DNA of 64,000 nucleotides from Macrostomum hystrix. Lineage: Eukaryota; Animalia; Platyhelminthes. Positions 34,411-47,784 of this stretch are shown in pieces. Every line of letters begins with the position of its first letter. Position 1 is the first letter of the stretch. The notes under the pieces were generated by a model. It ran no database searches and had not been told where the DNA came from. It worked only from the letters and a program-made list of their open reading frames with translations. Both the position numbers and the translations under genes were made by a program. The stretch is taken from positions 930,001-994,000 of the forward strand of contig CATNEN010000015.1 in assembly GCA_950097015.1 (NCBI GenBank), read 5' to 3'.

Positions 34411-37400
34411 TTGCTTGCTAATTTCAGTTCTCCCATCGCTGAATAGAACCAATTCTATTTTGGCTTCAGACCATTGACACAGGGAACCTGCGCTGTCTAA
34501 ATGCAATTGCAATTTCCCTACTTTCTAAGAAACCTCTGCTTCGCTTCAAATTTTTGTCGTGTGTGTTCTGATTCCAGGAAAAGTCTATTTATTTACAAAG
34601 TACCATAGTTATTGTGTAACCACAATAGTTAACATGAATACAGTAGCTTGCAGCATGACGCATAAGCTGGCTGGCTTATTGATTTCTGATTATTGCCTCG
34701 AAAACTGAGTAACTCAACACTTGTCGACGTGTTTCTCTTAATTGGCTTGTTTTGTTAGAATCTGCACGAATACGAGTACTGATGCCGTATGAAAAATGCA
34801 AGCTTAGACATCAACCAAAGGCAATGCCAGAGAGTCTACCCAGCTACTTGCTATGACTGGATGCAGCACTGGTGACAAAATAACAATTTAGTTGTTCATT
34901 TCGTTGCAAATAAATGTGAAGCTTCACGCGCATGAACATCAAAAGTGGTCTGGAAAACAAATCCTTCGGAAGCGAAAACTGTTTTCAGATTTCAAACATT
35001 TCAATGTATTTGGACTCGTGCACTGGACCCTGTGTTGCAGGACTAAACTGGATGCTAGACAGTCCACAGTTGCTTTGCACTGCTATGCAATCACAAGGAC
35101 TGAAGAAAGTACTCCAGCACTTAACGGATTATTTGTCACGGTTTCAGCATAAACAAAATCGTTAAGTCCTTGCGAACGCAAAAGGTGCTGCGGTGATCAC
35201 CCCATGCCTAACAGAGAGTATTTAACAGTAGTTCAGACACGGACTATCCTGACTGCCTCACACTCTGCACAAACTGCAAACGCATAGTTCTAAACAGAAA
35301 GCTTTCAAACCAAATCTCTGTGCAATGCAATGAAATCCTTCAGTGGGCAAGTTATGGAAACTGCAGCGCTGGCTCTGCTGCTCTGCTCGCTGGCAGCTGG
35401 CCAGGTCTCCCAGTGCGCAGCCACAGGCTCACCGGAGCTCCGCTTCGTCGCCCAGCTCAATGTGAACGGCTGCGCGCTGTTCGTGCACGACACGGGAGCG
35501 AGCGACGGTCCTCACTTGGCAGTCGAGCCGGTCATGTGCGTGACGGACAGGCTTGAAGGCTTGAGTCCACTGTATGACGCAGTCACTGACGTGCTGTACC
35601 TGAGTATTCCTGTGCTGCTCAGAGATACTGGAATGCTCGCAGCAGCTCAGCGCAAGCTGGAGCACCTGTCGCCGAGATCTGTGAGCTTCCTGACCATTTC
35701 AAGCATTCAAGCATCCATGGAAACCAACGTCACAGTGCAAGTTGATAGCTTCATTTGGAGCCCTGACGAATCTACGGGTTTCATCCGACTGCGAAGCCGA
35801 AGTGCAGTCGACATTTTCTCGTTTGCGTAAGTTCCCAGTAATCAGCTCACGCTGCTAGGAATATAATAGAGTGCGATTGGATTTTAAATCGCAGCTTACT
35901 TCTTTTTCCGCAGATCAAAAATTCGATCAGCTCCATCGGTGGTGTTAAGCAATCTGATGCTGACCGCATCGACTCGTGTGAATGACACCTGCCATCAGCT
36001 CAGCTACCGCCCGATGCTGCAGAACCAGACCTTCTTTGATGCGGAAGTGGTGAGACAAAAGTACTCCCTTCCGGCATGCCGTCAGCTGCGGTTCATCCGC
36101 TCGATCAACCTCGAGAACTGCACTGCTCGAGTGCACCAGAGACTCGACATCAAGGGCCACTTACTCATCGAGCCTCTGCTCTGCCACAACATCAGCAGCT
36201 TGAGCAGCGAGTCAGTCATGTATGACTACAGCCGTAGCATGTACTACCTCAAGCTGGATGTAGTGCTGCAAGATGAGGCCACACTGGAAGCTGTGAGGTC
36301 TCAGCTGGCTGATCTGTTTCCTCGCTCGGTCACCTTCATGAAACTATGGAGTGCTCAGAGCATTGTGAGCTCGGCCTTGAGTTCTCGCTTCTCAATCGGT
36401 CCGCTGATGGTGTCTGCAGACTGGAAGACTGCTCAGCTGCAGTTGTTTTGCAGATTCGAGAAACAATGCCATGTGCTGAGGTCTGTGTAAAGATGTACTT
36501 TCTTAGGATAAATGAAAATACAAACCATATTTTCCTTTTTCAGGTCCGGAATAATTTTCGAGCCAGTCAACTTGTTCCGCCACATTAGGTGGCAGGTGAC
36601 GTCGATAGTGAGTCAGCAGTGCCTTGCAGAGTCGGACGAGCCGCGGTTTCTGTGGAGAATGAGACAAAGTGGAGCAGAGTTTCAGCAGGCTCGGTTCATA
36701 TGTGATCTCCCAAACTCTGTAGTGCAAAAAGTATCTTGCTACTCGAAGTTTCTCAGCGTGAAGCAGGTTGGCCAGAACTTCATCAAGATCCAGCAGAGGT
36801 CCACTGGGATCGTCAGTTTCCAACGCACCTGGGCTGAGTATGAGGCGGGGTTCGGCGACGAGACAGACTTCTGGATCGGTGTGTGAATTCTTCCGTTTCT
36901 TATTTCCGGAAATTAAAGTCTTGCGCTGTGAAACTCTTGCAGGCAAATGGAAAAAGTGGTGCATGATATGAAAGAGCTGAGAAAGGAATCTTGGTGGCAA
37001 CAGGAACTGTTTTTCCAGATGGGTTAATGCCTTTGGCTTTCTGGAGCACGGGTAACTATGAAGGTATCTATGGAGAGCACCCTTGTGGTTCCTCAGACAT
37101 ATTCAACAGACTCTCTAAATCTAATGATTTTAACTTTTTTAGAGGGCTTGTATTAAAAGACAAGTTTACCTAAAACAGGTTTGTTCCAGTTGAGCTGGGA
37201 ATCTCAGATTGTCGGAATTTGATAATGCGAGAGCTGAATAGAACTTTGATAAGGCTATTAATGAGCTTGATTTGCTACTAGTAAAATGAGTGTTAGAACT
37301 ACAAAAGTGGTTTAGTATAGGTATCAGTGTCAGTCTCGTATTTGAACTTTTCTTGTTTGTTCTAAAACTGATAAAACGATACCAGAATTCGCGTTTCAGG

Positions 37401-40047
37401 CTTGAAAAGATTCCAGAGCAACACCTGTGATTCAACTGTGATTCAACTGTGATACAAGTGTGTTAAAACTGTGCTACAGCTTTTTTTCTGGCAACTGCAT
37501 TAGCTACGAGTACAATGCAGTAGTTTTCGAAGTTCGTTTTAAATGCCAGTTATACATATACTATTTTACTTATTTATTGCGGTCTCGCAAGCAGTTTCAC
37601 AGCGAAATGCAATTTATCGATTGTCAGCTGAATCTGGCCATTCACATCAGCGCCTCCGACTTCTGTCCGACCCCGCAGGTCTCTCCGCCATCCACTCGCT
37701 GAGCGCTGGCGGTGCCACACTCAGAGTGGAGATGAAGCTGTGGAATGGGACTGAGCTGCATGCTGAGTATGCTGGATTCCAGGTTGGAGACGCCAGCACC
37801 AAATATGAGATGACGTACCGAGAGATGCTGAGGGACAGGTCCAATGTTGGATACGATGCTATGGAGCACCACAAAGGAGCGCGCTTCTCCACCATGGACA
37901 GCGACAATGACAGACACCGCAGCGACTCATGCTCGAATGCTTTGGGCAAGGGTGGGTGGTGGTTCAGTGAATGCCATGAGTTCAATCCAAATGGAGTTTT
38001 TCCTTCAAGAGAGAGATCAGACTGGGCCTACATGATATGGTACACCAACTCCGAGTTGTTGTCTCTTCGCTCAGTGCGGATTCTGCTGGAGGTGTGATCA
38101 GCAGCAGCTGAGGAATCGGCCAAGGACCGCAGAAAGTTAAACTTATTCGCCGCAGCCAGTGGCAACTCAATTTCCACTGTGCTCTAACAATATATTCACC
38201 AGCCTTATCGGAAACAATTAAATAGCTGCAATAATATTCAGAAGAAATCCCCATTTAATCAGCTTGCTGAATGCACACTTAAACTAGTGAAATGATTATA
38301 TTGGTTAATTCAGTAAGATCGGAGTAAATATAATTAACTCTATGCTCACGCTGCTCAATAATCCGTTTGTTTTAATAAGATCTAAGGCTTTCGAAGACAG
38401 CTCGAAACCGAAGTTAGCGAACAATACAATGAAGTAGCTCACGTCTTGTCAGAAAGCCCAATAAAATGGAAACCTGTATCATATGAGAGTCCTTCTTTAG
38501 CTGTGAGTAAGGAACTCTGCCCTTCTGAAATAAAAGCCTGCTCATGCCACCTCGAACTCATTAGTCTGAGCATTTAATTGCACACTGACTGCTCACGACG
38601 CTAATACTGTCTTGATTAAAACCGACAATCACGCGCATCACGCTACTGAGGCTCAGTAGGTAGAGTGGAAAATCAGTAATCAAAGTCTATCAGAAAGCCA
38701 ATGCTGCCAATAAACTGATCCAGCTGCCAAAGCGCTGAGGAAAGCCGGTGATAAGCTACACTTATCCTACTACTCACCGCAAACAGCAGTAGTATGATGC
38801 CAATTCATTTCTCAGGTCTCCGAATGAAAAGAACGCACAGTTAAAATACACAAAGGTATTGAGTAAAACATAACCGACAATATCGCCCTTTGAAACAGGG
38901 GCACCAAGGTCTGAAAGCCGCCACGCACAAAGTTCAGCATCTCATTTTCAACTCAGCTGGTTCTGTGAGCTCTCAAATCACTCAGCCCCAGAGGTAAAGA
39001 AAAGAAGGCTCTCAGATGTCAGCGATTGATTTTCGCCTGCTTGGCAAATCGAATGCTGCTCGGAGTTCAAGTAGTTTTCCTCAAGCCACTTGCACCGAAC
39101 GCCTGACAGACAGGCCACTTGCATGACGTCACTGCTTCGAGTTTCAAGCGTCTAGTTGCTGGGGGCAGACTCAAAAAGACGTAAATTTATTGTAAACAAA
39201 ATTTCTGTGCCCGGCACAACATCGCCGATGCTGGCAGTAGGATTATCCCTGCATGGCGGGAGGCTACGCATGGATTAAGTTCACCAGAGTCACGCAAGCG
39301 GTCGCTCAGGTGTTGCTGCGCTGAATCTGTTGGCTGGCATGACACACGAGATCCGCCTATTTGCTTATCCCCACTGCCTCACTGCTACAGGGCACTGCGG
39401 TGCTGCACTCGGCAGTCGGGTCGCTGAGCCGATAATTGCATGTCCTACCCCGAGCCGCCACCTCCCACCCTCTGCGGTGAGTATACTATATCATGGAGCT
39501 CTGAATCTAGAGACTGGAGAGGCAAACCCCACCAAACCCCTATTTTCCGGACCAGTATGGGCTGACTGGCTGGCCCAAAGTTCCTTAAACTTGATTTAAG
39601 CACAGCTCTGTAGCTAAAACAGGTCGGTGCACAAGCTTCAACTATAGAGAATTTAGGAGAAAACATTTGAAGTTATGTTGCACGATACGGCCATGTAAAA
39701 TGGGGGTTTGACGTGGAGTTGTTTCTGTAGTTTCTAGACTCAGAGCTCTATGACTGTACAGATTCGGCTCTTCTTTGCACTCAAGTCGCCCATCTGAGCA
39801 AACAGCCTGTGCAAAGCCCTACTAAACTCCCGTCTTGGCTAATGAGACATGGAGGCTCCGGTTTCGGGATCTTTCGGGATAGCCCAATCTTGTCTCGTCT
39901 AGTGTTTCTATATTTTTCATTTTTTATCCTTTCACCAAACAAGTCCTTGCTATAGCACTGCTTATGTAGAGCGTCTATAGGCTTCGCTTTAAAAAACCGC
40001 TTTCCCGACTGTCCGCAGTCATTACCGGAGCAAGTTCAGAACCTTCG
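34411..40047. repeat. Segmental duplication, copy 2 (paralogous to 8104-18439)
   Basis: Colinear with copy 1 and lacks the mariner composite and the extra FReD 3' segment. Confidence 0.9.
35354..38097 (+). CDS. Secreted fibrinogen-related protein, copy 2, ~597 aa
   Basis: Exons 35354-35826 (alternative ATG 35330), 35914-36480, 36544-36878 and 37679-38097. Frames are intact, with the same architecture as copy 1. Confidence 0.88.
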
Positions 40048-40399
40048 TCCCAGTTTTTTGCTCGCGGGCTTCCCGCATTGGATTCGCGCCCGCAGTGCAT
40101 CGACATGGGGCATGAAATATTTACACGAACTGTTCGCACCCATGTTGTTAGTGTGGCTGCCAGAGGGACAGACCGGCGGATTATGCGGGAAGCCCCGCGT
40201 TGCCGCAGCCGCAACCAAAGTGCACGCGGCGCATCTTTCATGATGGAGCTGGCCTGATTAGCCCCAGCAGGAGATGCGGGCGCAGCGGCGGCCGGATAGG
40301 AATAAGCCGGCCAGACAACAAGCCTCCACCAAATCCGGAAAATCCTCTTGCTTTACCTTGAGAGAAGAATGTGTTTTTTGGAGAGTAGTGGGTGATAGG

Positions 40400-40445
40400 G
40401 GGCGAAACATGGCTGCCACCTATTGGCTGCTGAGATTGGGACGCG
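40400..40445. promoter_or_regulatory. Candidate INPP1 proximal promoter: YY1-like AAACATGGC plus two reverse CCAAT boxes
   Basis: AAACATGGCTGCC at ~40405 and ATTGG at 40422-26 and 40435-39, ~140-170 bp upstream of the ATG. Motif match only. Confidence 0.35.
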
Positions 40446-40577
40446 TTGGCTTGGCAGACCCATTCTCTCTTCCCCTCTTTGCTTTTTAGTAGCACAACCT
40501 GACTGACTTAGAACTTCCCAACTGTTTGCGTTATATCCCTTCTTGACCTGCCCCAGTACGATTTAGACTTTGTGAAT

Positions 40578-43500
40578 ATGAAGGCCTCCGACCTGCTGTG
40601 CGAACTGCTGAATGCGGCCGAAAAGTCTGCCGAACTGGCCAGAGCGATCCGACGCGAGGAGTCGCTGTTTCATCTGCTCATCGAGGAGAAAACTGGCGAC
40701 GACAAGGGGAAGCGCTTCGGCTTCGACTTCAAGACGTTGGCGGACGTATTGGTACAGGAGATGGTCCGGCATGACCTGGAGAAAAAGGTTGGTTAAAGCT
40801 TTCCGACTCAGGACCTCCCACCTGTTCCACCCAGTTTTTCATTTCGGAACCTCGAATGGAGTAATGCACCCGACTATAGCACGAAGGTCTTTAAGCTCGA
40901 ATTTGCTGCAAACCAACGTTGGTTTGGGTCGCAGACGCAAATGTATGTGAGTGTGTCTCTGCGTGCATATACATGCCCTTATGGATCAGCGCGATGGTGA
41001 GAATTGCATCTCCACTGGCTGTGGCTGTTGGTCGACTGTCGCCAAATTATGCCGCAGAACCTACGGACGGCTGCGAATGTTGTTACACTGTCATATCAGA
41101 ACAGTTCAACCCTCTGTTATGCCGTGGCTTTTCTCATGCACATTTCCGTTTTAATTAGCTTTATCTCAATTCATCTCCATTCTAATGTAAAATTAGAAAT
41201 TGAATTTAAAAGCTTTCAGATCAAATTAGGGCCCATTGGCCCAGCCAGCAAAATACTCAGATGAGACCCCTTCTAACTGGCTCCATCCGAGCACCTCTTC
41301 CGAATTTGGCATCGCACCGAAGATGACGGCTGCGAGTTTTCCTCTCCCTCTCCCGTCTTTCCCGCAGACATTTTTCCATTCACTTTTTCAATTCACTTGC
41401 TAATTTCCTCAGCCCCTGCTGTCTCGTGGGACAGTCGAGGCATTTGCTAAATTGCAGGGCCGGTTGAACTGGCCGCAGATTGAAAGCGGGGCTCTGAGTG
41501 GCACACAGCCCACGGCGATCTGGCATGTGCTGTGGCGTAGAATTAAATCTTGACATCATTTCACTCAACTTGACTCAAACGAATAATTTGACTCATTATT
41601 CGTCAATTAAGGAGTTCACTAGCCCAATGGAATATCAATCAATTACAAATTATCAGCACTTTGTCGAAATATTCCCTTTTTAATCCAACCTATAGTGATT
41701 GCCTTGATTTTTCTGAAAGCCGGGAAACGGATTGAAGTTTCTGAAAGATCACGGAAAAAAAGAATTGACAGCGGAATTCAGCTGCGCCTGATACCCTACC
41801 GACCCGACTTGAGCCGAGCCAGCAGACTAGCTGGCCCAGAGCTCTGAAAAATCATTTCCTGCCGATCGATAGCTCAGACTGCTCACCCGGTCTCCCTCGC
41901 CCGGGAAGACCTCACCCGGCAGCCCTCGGTGATCGACCAGCATGGCACTGCTGGGGTGGGGAGCTAAGTGAGGGCTGCAAATAAATCTAGCAGTTCTCGC
42001 GAGTTAACGAAAAGAAACTTGCAAAAAGCTTTGTGGTCGGGCGTGGCTCATGATAGCAATTCCGGTAATTCGAGACGCGAGTCCGCTCATGAAATCATGA
42101 CCCCCTCGTTCGCTTTACCAGGCCTGATTGGTTTAGAGTTTTGATCGAAATAACGAATTCATTCGATCGGCAAACATTTTTATTTCGACAGTGTGAGCGT
42201 AGCTATGCTGGCGTAAAGTTTGTGCCTTGATTCGATGGTTTAATTTAGTCTTGGCTTCAAGTTCCAGCATAGTCGCTCTATGAAAGGCGAACAGTGTTCT
42301 TTACTGCAAATTGTTACTCACTGCAGAGATTAGCGGCCCAGCAGAGAGCTTTATCGCTTCATAGCTTCATACGTCCTGAGCGGCTCATGCAGGGCTGCCT
42401 TTGGCACGGCTCGCTCAGCCGTGAAGGTCCCAGTCTCTCTTAAATCCTTCGAGAGTTAGAACTCCTCTGATGAGGAAAGCTTGCGCGGGAGCCTCTCTAT
42501 TTTCTGCATGGCCTGAGCAATTCTGGAGTCCAGAACCGCTTCGGTAACCCGAGTAACGAGCTCTGGAAAATATTCATCGGGTTTAACTAAGCAGCCTTTT
42601 GAGAGCACAAACAATAGTTAACTAGCGGATTCTATACTATAAGACCGGTGCTTCAAAGACTAAAATCGATACGCTTTGTTGTCAGGGTTTTACACTGGTC
42701 GTTGCAGGGACTGGTTTCATGCATTTCGCTTTCTATTAAGGTCGCACTCTCCAAACGCTTGGCTGACAGATGCAGAAATTAAATCAGCTTTCGTTTCCTT
42801 AGACTTGAATCTCCTAGAGGAGTTTTTCTAGCAAAAGCGGAATATTTTACTGTGTTTACTTCCGTTAGGAAAGTTCGAACGCCAAATTCACTGATTGCCA
42901 TTGTGCTGCATCGCGAGGTGATAATGGCTACACGAGTGTTCGATAAGTGGGCCAGGCAGTTTACGCGGCATGGCCTGTTCTTCCCTCGGTCTCGGGCGCA
43001 CGCGCGCATTACATCGCAAACGAGTTTAAACCCAGGCCTGCCGTTGACCCATTCGGTGTCTTCGGTCGGCAGGATTGCAGTGCGCGGCAACACGAGGGAC
43101 TGCGAACCCTTCTGTTCCCCTTCCACCCCTTGTAAAAAACGAATGCCCGCTCGAAGCTTCACTTTCAGCTTTCCTGCCCTCGCAGCTGCAACGCTTGGCT
43201 GCATCACTGGAGCATTGCTTGCGTTGCAACTGCAACAAGGAACATTTTATTAGTACTTCAGTTTGCATGGGTAGCAGCAGGGGCGAATATTTGTTCCGAA
43301 TTTTGGATGTGTTTCTGCTGAAACGCAGAGGCTTGGCTGACTGCTTGTTATGAAGCTTGGAGAATTTTTTTTCGAGGAAATTCTCGATGCAGTTTCGAAA
43401 GGAGGCTTCCATAGATCTTGCCCTGCTGTAGATGCTACCTCGTAGTGACGCTTTCTTACTGGATGACAGATTTTTCGGTACAAAACTCGCGCGAACCCGC

Positions 43501-46500
43501 AGTTCCCAGGTCTTGGCAAGCGGGTCTCCGGTGAAGAGAACAACAAGTTCACCAACACGGTGGGCGACACTGTCACCGTGGAGATCAAAGAGAACCGCAA
43601 GAAGACGCAATCTCTGCTCAGTGAGTAGCCACAATTTCTCTTGTCCTCGCTTACATCAGTAGTATAGAAGTAGTACACAATGTCATCAATAAATGTGTTT
43701 GCTAAAATATAAACTGCAATCTACGGCCAGAAATGTCGTTCACAGAGCGATAGAATTAGCTTCTGGCCATAGACATTCAAGGCGCGAAACAATCAAGCTT
43801 CTTTGGTAGACTGTGAAAAACCCTCCAAAATGGTACATTGAGTTGAGTTCATTCGAATTGAATTGCATAAACCTTATTATTTTATATAAAATAGAATTAA
43901 GTTCGGTTTATATTTTAGTCCCAAGTCAGAATCGCAAGGATACTACGAGTAATTGAGCCCCTCAGTTGTACAGCTTATTAATCAGCAGCACAACTTTCGG
44001 TATGGTTTTGAGTTACATTGCTCGTGTATCTAGGATTACGAGTACACAATCTCTGTCCTGTCTCTGGGATGTAGGGATAAAGATCGGCTGCATTCCCATG
44101 CTTCACTGTGGGTATTTTGGGATTTATGCAGAGACCTGCTCGATAGAATCTTAGAAGTAAATTTATAACAAAATACTTTCAACCCTAAAGGGCAGATTCT
44201 TGTGAATTATACTTAAGTTCCACTAAAAGAATGCTTCTTCCAGACGTTTTAACCCGGTGCGTATCACACACAAATGCTTCCATCAGCTAAAATTCTGGAC
44301 GGCAACGACCGAGCAGCCAGTGTGCTCACAGGTCTCGTACACGAAGAGGTGTCAGTGCCCAGGCCGGCGCAAGCTGATCAGCTGGACTCCGTTCAGCTGG
44401 ACAAAAAGTCCATCGGACTTTGGATTGACCCCATCGGTGAGCTGGGAATCAGACAGTGGAGCCATTTAGTTCAGCTGGTGTCTACGCATTCAGCTCCAGT
44501 GTCCAATGATTGATCGATAAATATACGAAACTTTCGATTAGTTTCTAAAATGCACTAAAACTTGGACGAAAAGACAGAACGTTTTCCAAACCCTCCATTG
44601 AACAACTTATCAAACCCTATATTGAACAACTTATCAAACCCTACATTGAACAACTTATCAAACCCTACATTGAACAACTTATCAAACCCTGTATTGAATA
44701 ACTTATCAAAGCCTATATTGAACAACTTTTCAAACCCTACATTGAACAACTTATCAAACCCTATATTAAATAACTTATCAAAGCCTATATTGAACAACTT
44801 ATCAAACCCTAAATTGAACAACTTATCAAATCCTATATTAAACAACTTATCAAACCCTACATTGAACAACTTATCAAACCCTATATTAAACAACTTATCA
44901 AACCCTACATTGAACAACTTATCAAACCCTATATTAAACAACTTATCAAACCCTATATTAAACAACTTATCAAACCCTACATTGAACAACTTATCAAACC
45001 CTATATTAAACAACTTATCAAACCCTATATTAAACAACTTATCAAACCCTATATTAAACAACTTATCAAACCCTACATTGAACAACTTATCAAACCCTAT
45101 ATTGAACAACTTATCAAACCCTACATTGAACAACTTATCAAACCCTACATTGAACAACTTATCAAACCCTACATTGAACAACTTATCAAACCCTGTATTG
45201 AACAACTTATCAAGCCCTACATTGAACAACTTAGCCTTCATGCAGTCAAGAATCAACAGACACAGATGTAAAAAATCAAAACTGAACTCTTTCAGACGGT
45301 ACAGCGGAGTACATCTCAGGCGGTCGGGATCCCGAGTTCCGGCCAGGTGAAACGGTGAGTCAAAACGGCCTGCCAAATGTCACCGTGCTCATCGGAGTGT
45401 ACGACAAGGCCAGCGGGTTGCCTGTGATGGGAGTCATCAATCAGCCGTTCTTTCGCACTACAGACGGCAAGGCGTGAGTCTGGGACCTGCCACTCGACTG
45501 TACTTTTTTGAAGTGATTTTTATAGCGATGTTTTTAGAAACCAATCAAAGAGAGTGGCTGCATATCAACTTTGGGATCTCTGTGATTTCTGAGGTCGCAG
45601 AAAACGCAGCTGAACACCGAATTTGGCTAAACTTTCAAGATTGAAGGAGGACTCTAAAATATTTTTGTGTTTCTGTTCGGTAAATTACTACCCTGAATCT
45701 TCAATACCAGCATTTCTGTATTGTAGCTCGTAAAAAAGCTTGTAAAAATTGGATTTTTAAGGACTTTCAAGAAACATTCGCAAGGAGATTCATGTAGTCT
45801 CCCAATCTGGAGAACGCTGGTACATTTAACATTTTCTTCTATCTTTTTTCGCTTTGCTGGGAATCTAAAGCTGATCTCTCTTCCCAATGTCAGACATCAA
45901 AAGGATAATAACTGGGCCATGCTAGGACTAGGAGGAGAACTAGGGATCAGGGATGAAGGATTTAAGGGCCGGCAGTCGCTGTCCCGCTTAATTCAAAGGT
46001 ATCGCTAATAAAGTGGGTCAGTGTTGGAGTCTGGGATTGAAGTTCCAACAACATTCACAACATTCGAGAGGGAAGCAAGACAAGCTGCGTGCTGGATAGA
46101 GGGGCTGAGGGGATTTTACCGGAAAGATTGATTAGATTGTGTCAGGGGATCATCAAGGTGGGCAACAAAAGTCAGAGGAGGAGCCCAAGACAAAACAGCC
46201 GGTAGCTACGAAGATGGAAGCAGATGTCAAGAGACGGATCAACAATTCATGCAGTCAGTCACATCTGTTTTATAAGCAGCGAGAGAGGAATGAGTTGATT
46301 AGTAATTAGGACCAAGAGCTATGATTAAAGGGCCATCCGCTTCGGAGTTAATTAAAAGCTCTTATAAAATTGTCGTGTAACAAGAATGCGAAAGCATCTC
46401 TTATTAAAACAAACAGGGAATTTTTATTCGCTTTAAAGCACAGCAAAAGGGTGTCGTTTTACCACAAGACAGAAATTTTAAACAGCTGAAATATCTCGAT

Positions 46501-47784
46501 ATATGTTACTGTATTTTGCTCTCGCTTATGAGCTCAGAAGACTGAGCATTTTGGATTATCGACGTTGTTAAATGTGCGTCTCAACTTCAGCAGTTAGATT
46601 TTTCAGCTACCCAAAACCGACAGACTCACTTTGATTGTAAAAGTACACATAAGTACTTATTTAGCACACATGGACAGACATCAGACTTCGAAATTCGATT
46701 CGCGATAATGTGGAATGGAAGGGTGGAGTTATTAATAATAATAGCAATAATTTGCAGGAGGGCTTTTAGTGACACTAGACCCGCAGCCAGCGAGGAGGCA
46801 ATTCTGCCCATTTCGCTGACTCCTGAGCACACACGCACACAGATACCGCACGCAGGCCAACGCTCACACAGGTGTGTACATCTGCCCTGACTTTCTCATC
46901 GTCAGACAATGTACACAATTCACTGTGCCTTGGAGGTTGGCCCTCTAGGGCGTGAATTGCACGGCAAGCCCCTAAGCCTTCTCTCCGCGGCTGCGCCTTA
47001 AATAAATGTGGCCTCGCCGTGGAATCGAACTTAGGGACCGTGGTGCAAACACGTTAACCGCTCTGCCACCGACCCCCCGAAGGGTGGAGTTGCCCGCAGG
47101 TGTTTTCTGGACAATCCTGTCGAATCTGTTCGTCTGCCTGTCTTGACTTAAGTGCTGGATTTATACACGAAGAACTTTTCTCTTCACCCTTCCTCCCCCA
47201 GCTGGACAGGCCGCGTGGTCTGGGGCGCTTGTCTGGGCGACCTGCGCATCTGGCAGACTCCGGGCGCGGCCCCCACAGCCGACGGGGACTCGGCCGGCGC
47301 CACGGCTAAGCCAACCGTGCTGACCTCGATGTCCGACTGCAAGAAGCTGGGCACCTACCTGTGCGACGATTTTGAGATTCGCACCGCACCAGGTGCCGGC
47401 TACAAGCTGCTCTGCGTCATCGATGGCCTGTGCTCAGCCTACGTGCTGTCTAAGGACAACACCTACAGGTGGCGTACACTCACAGCGGTCTTTGCTAATC
47501 CCGACTTTGATTTTCTAATGCACTGTTCCGATCACTCTTAACGCAGGTGGGACACTTGCGCTCCTCATGCGGTACTTCGCGCAATGGGTGGCGGCGTTGT
47601 GAAGCAAGCTCCTGCGCTGGCAGCCAAAGATCTCGCCAGCAGCCTGGCCGATCTGCAGGTCACCTACCACAAGCCGGAAGCCAAAGCCGCCGGCTCCAAC
47701 GCCTGGTGCAACATGCAGGGCGTCATAGCCTTCAGGGACGCGGCCATCTTGGCCCGCCTGGCCGGCAGTTTGGCCAGGAAGTGA
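40578..47784 (+). CDS. INPP1: Inositol polyphosphate 1-phosphatase, ~386 aa, 6 exons
   Basis: Exons 40578-40787, 43503-43620, 44287-44436, 45296-45473, 47202-47468 and 47547-47784, phases match. Motifs: SEKAA-like AEKSAELARAIR, DFKTLADVLVQE, GEE, WIDPIDGT, GVINQPF, GAGYKLLCV and WDTCAPHAVLRAMGG. Confidence 0.95.
44593..45236. repeat. 24-bp minisatellite (ATTGAACAACTTATCAAACCCTA[T/C]), ~27 copies, in INPP1 intron 3
   Basis: Tandem units are directly visible. Confidence 0.95.
45900..46260 (+). pseudogene. Possible decayed LINE 3' fragment
   Basis: A purine-rich island whose broken frame RKD*LDCVRG...AQD loosely recalls RTE C-termini. Confidence 0.2.
46950..47077 (-). mobile_element. tRNA-derived SINE, family A (INPP1 intron 4)
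   Basis: GCCTTCTCTCCGCGGCTGCG...AAATGTGGCCTC...GGAATCGAACTTAGGGACC...GCTCTGCCAC is colinear with bases 30-140. Confidence 0.75.

Noticed and set aside
44555-45376. 273-aa (FDKLFNIG)n and 262-aa (NNLSNPTL)n ORFs resembling LRR/FNIP repeats
   Set aside because: They come from a 24-bp intronic minisatellite open on both strands, inside INPP1 intron 3.
46870-46920. CTGACGA...GAAAGTC on the minus strand resembling a hammerhead ribozyme core
   Set aside because: Only 3 nt separate the core halves, so stem II cannot form. The region folds as a simple imperfect hairpin. Other CTGATGA/CTGAAGA hits (42467, and the SINE B tail) also lack the three-stem topology.
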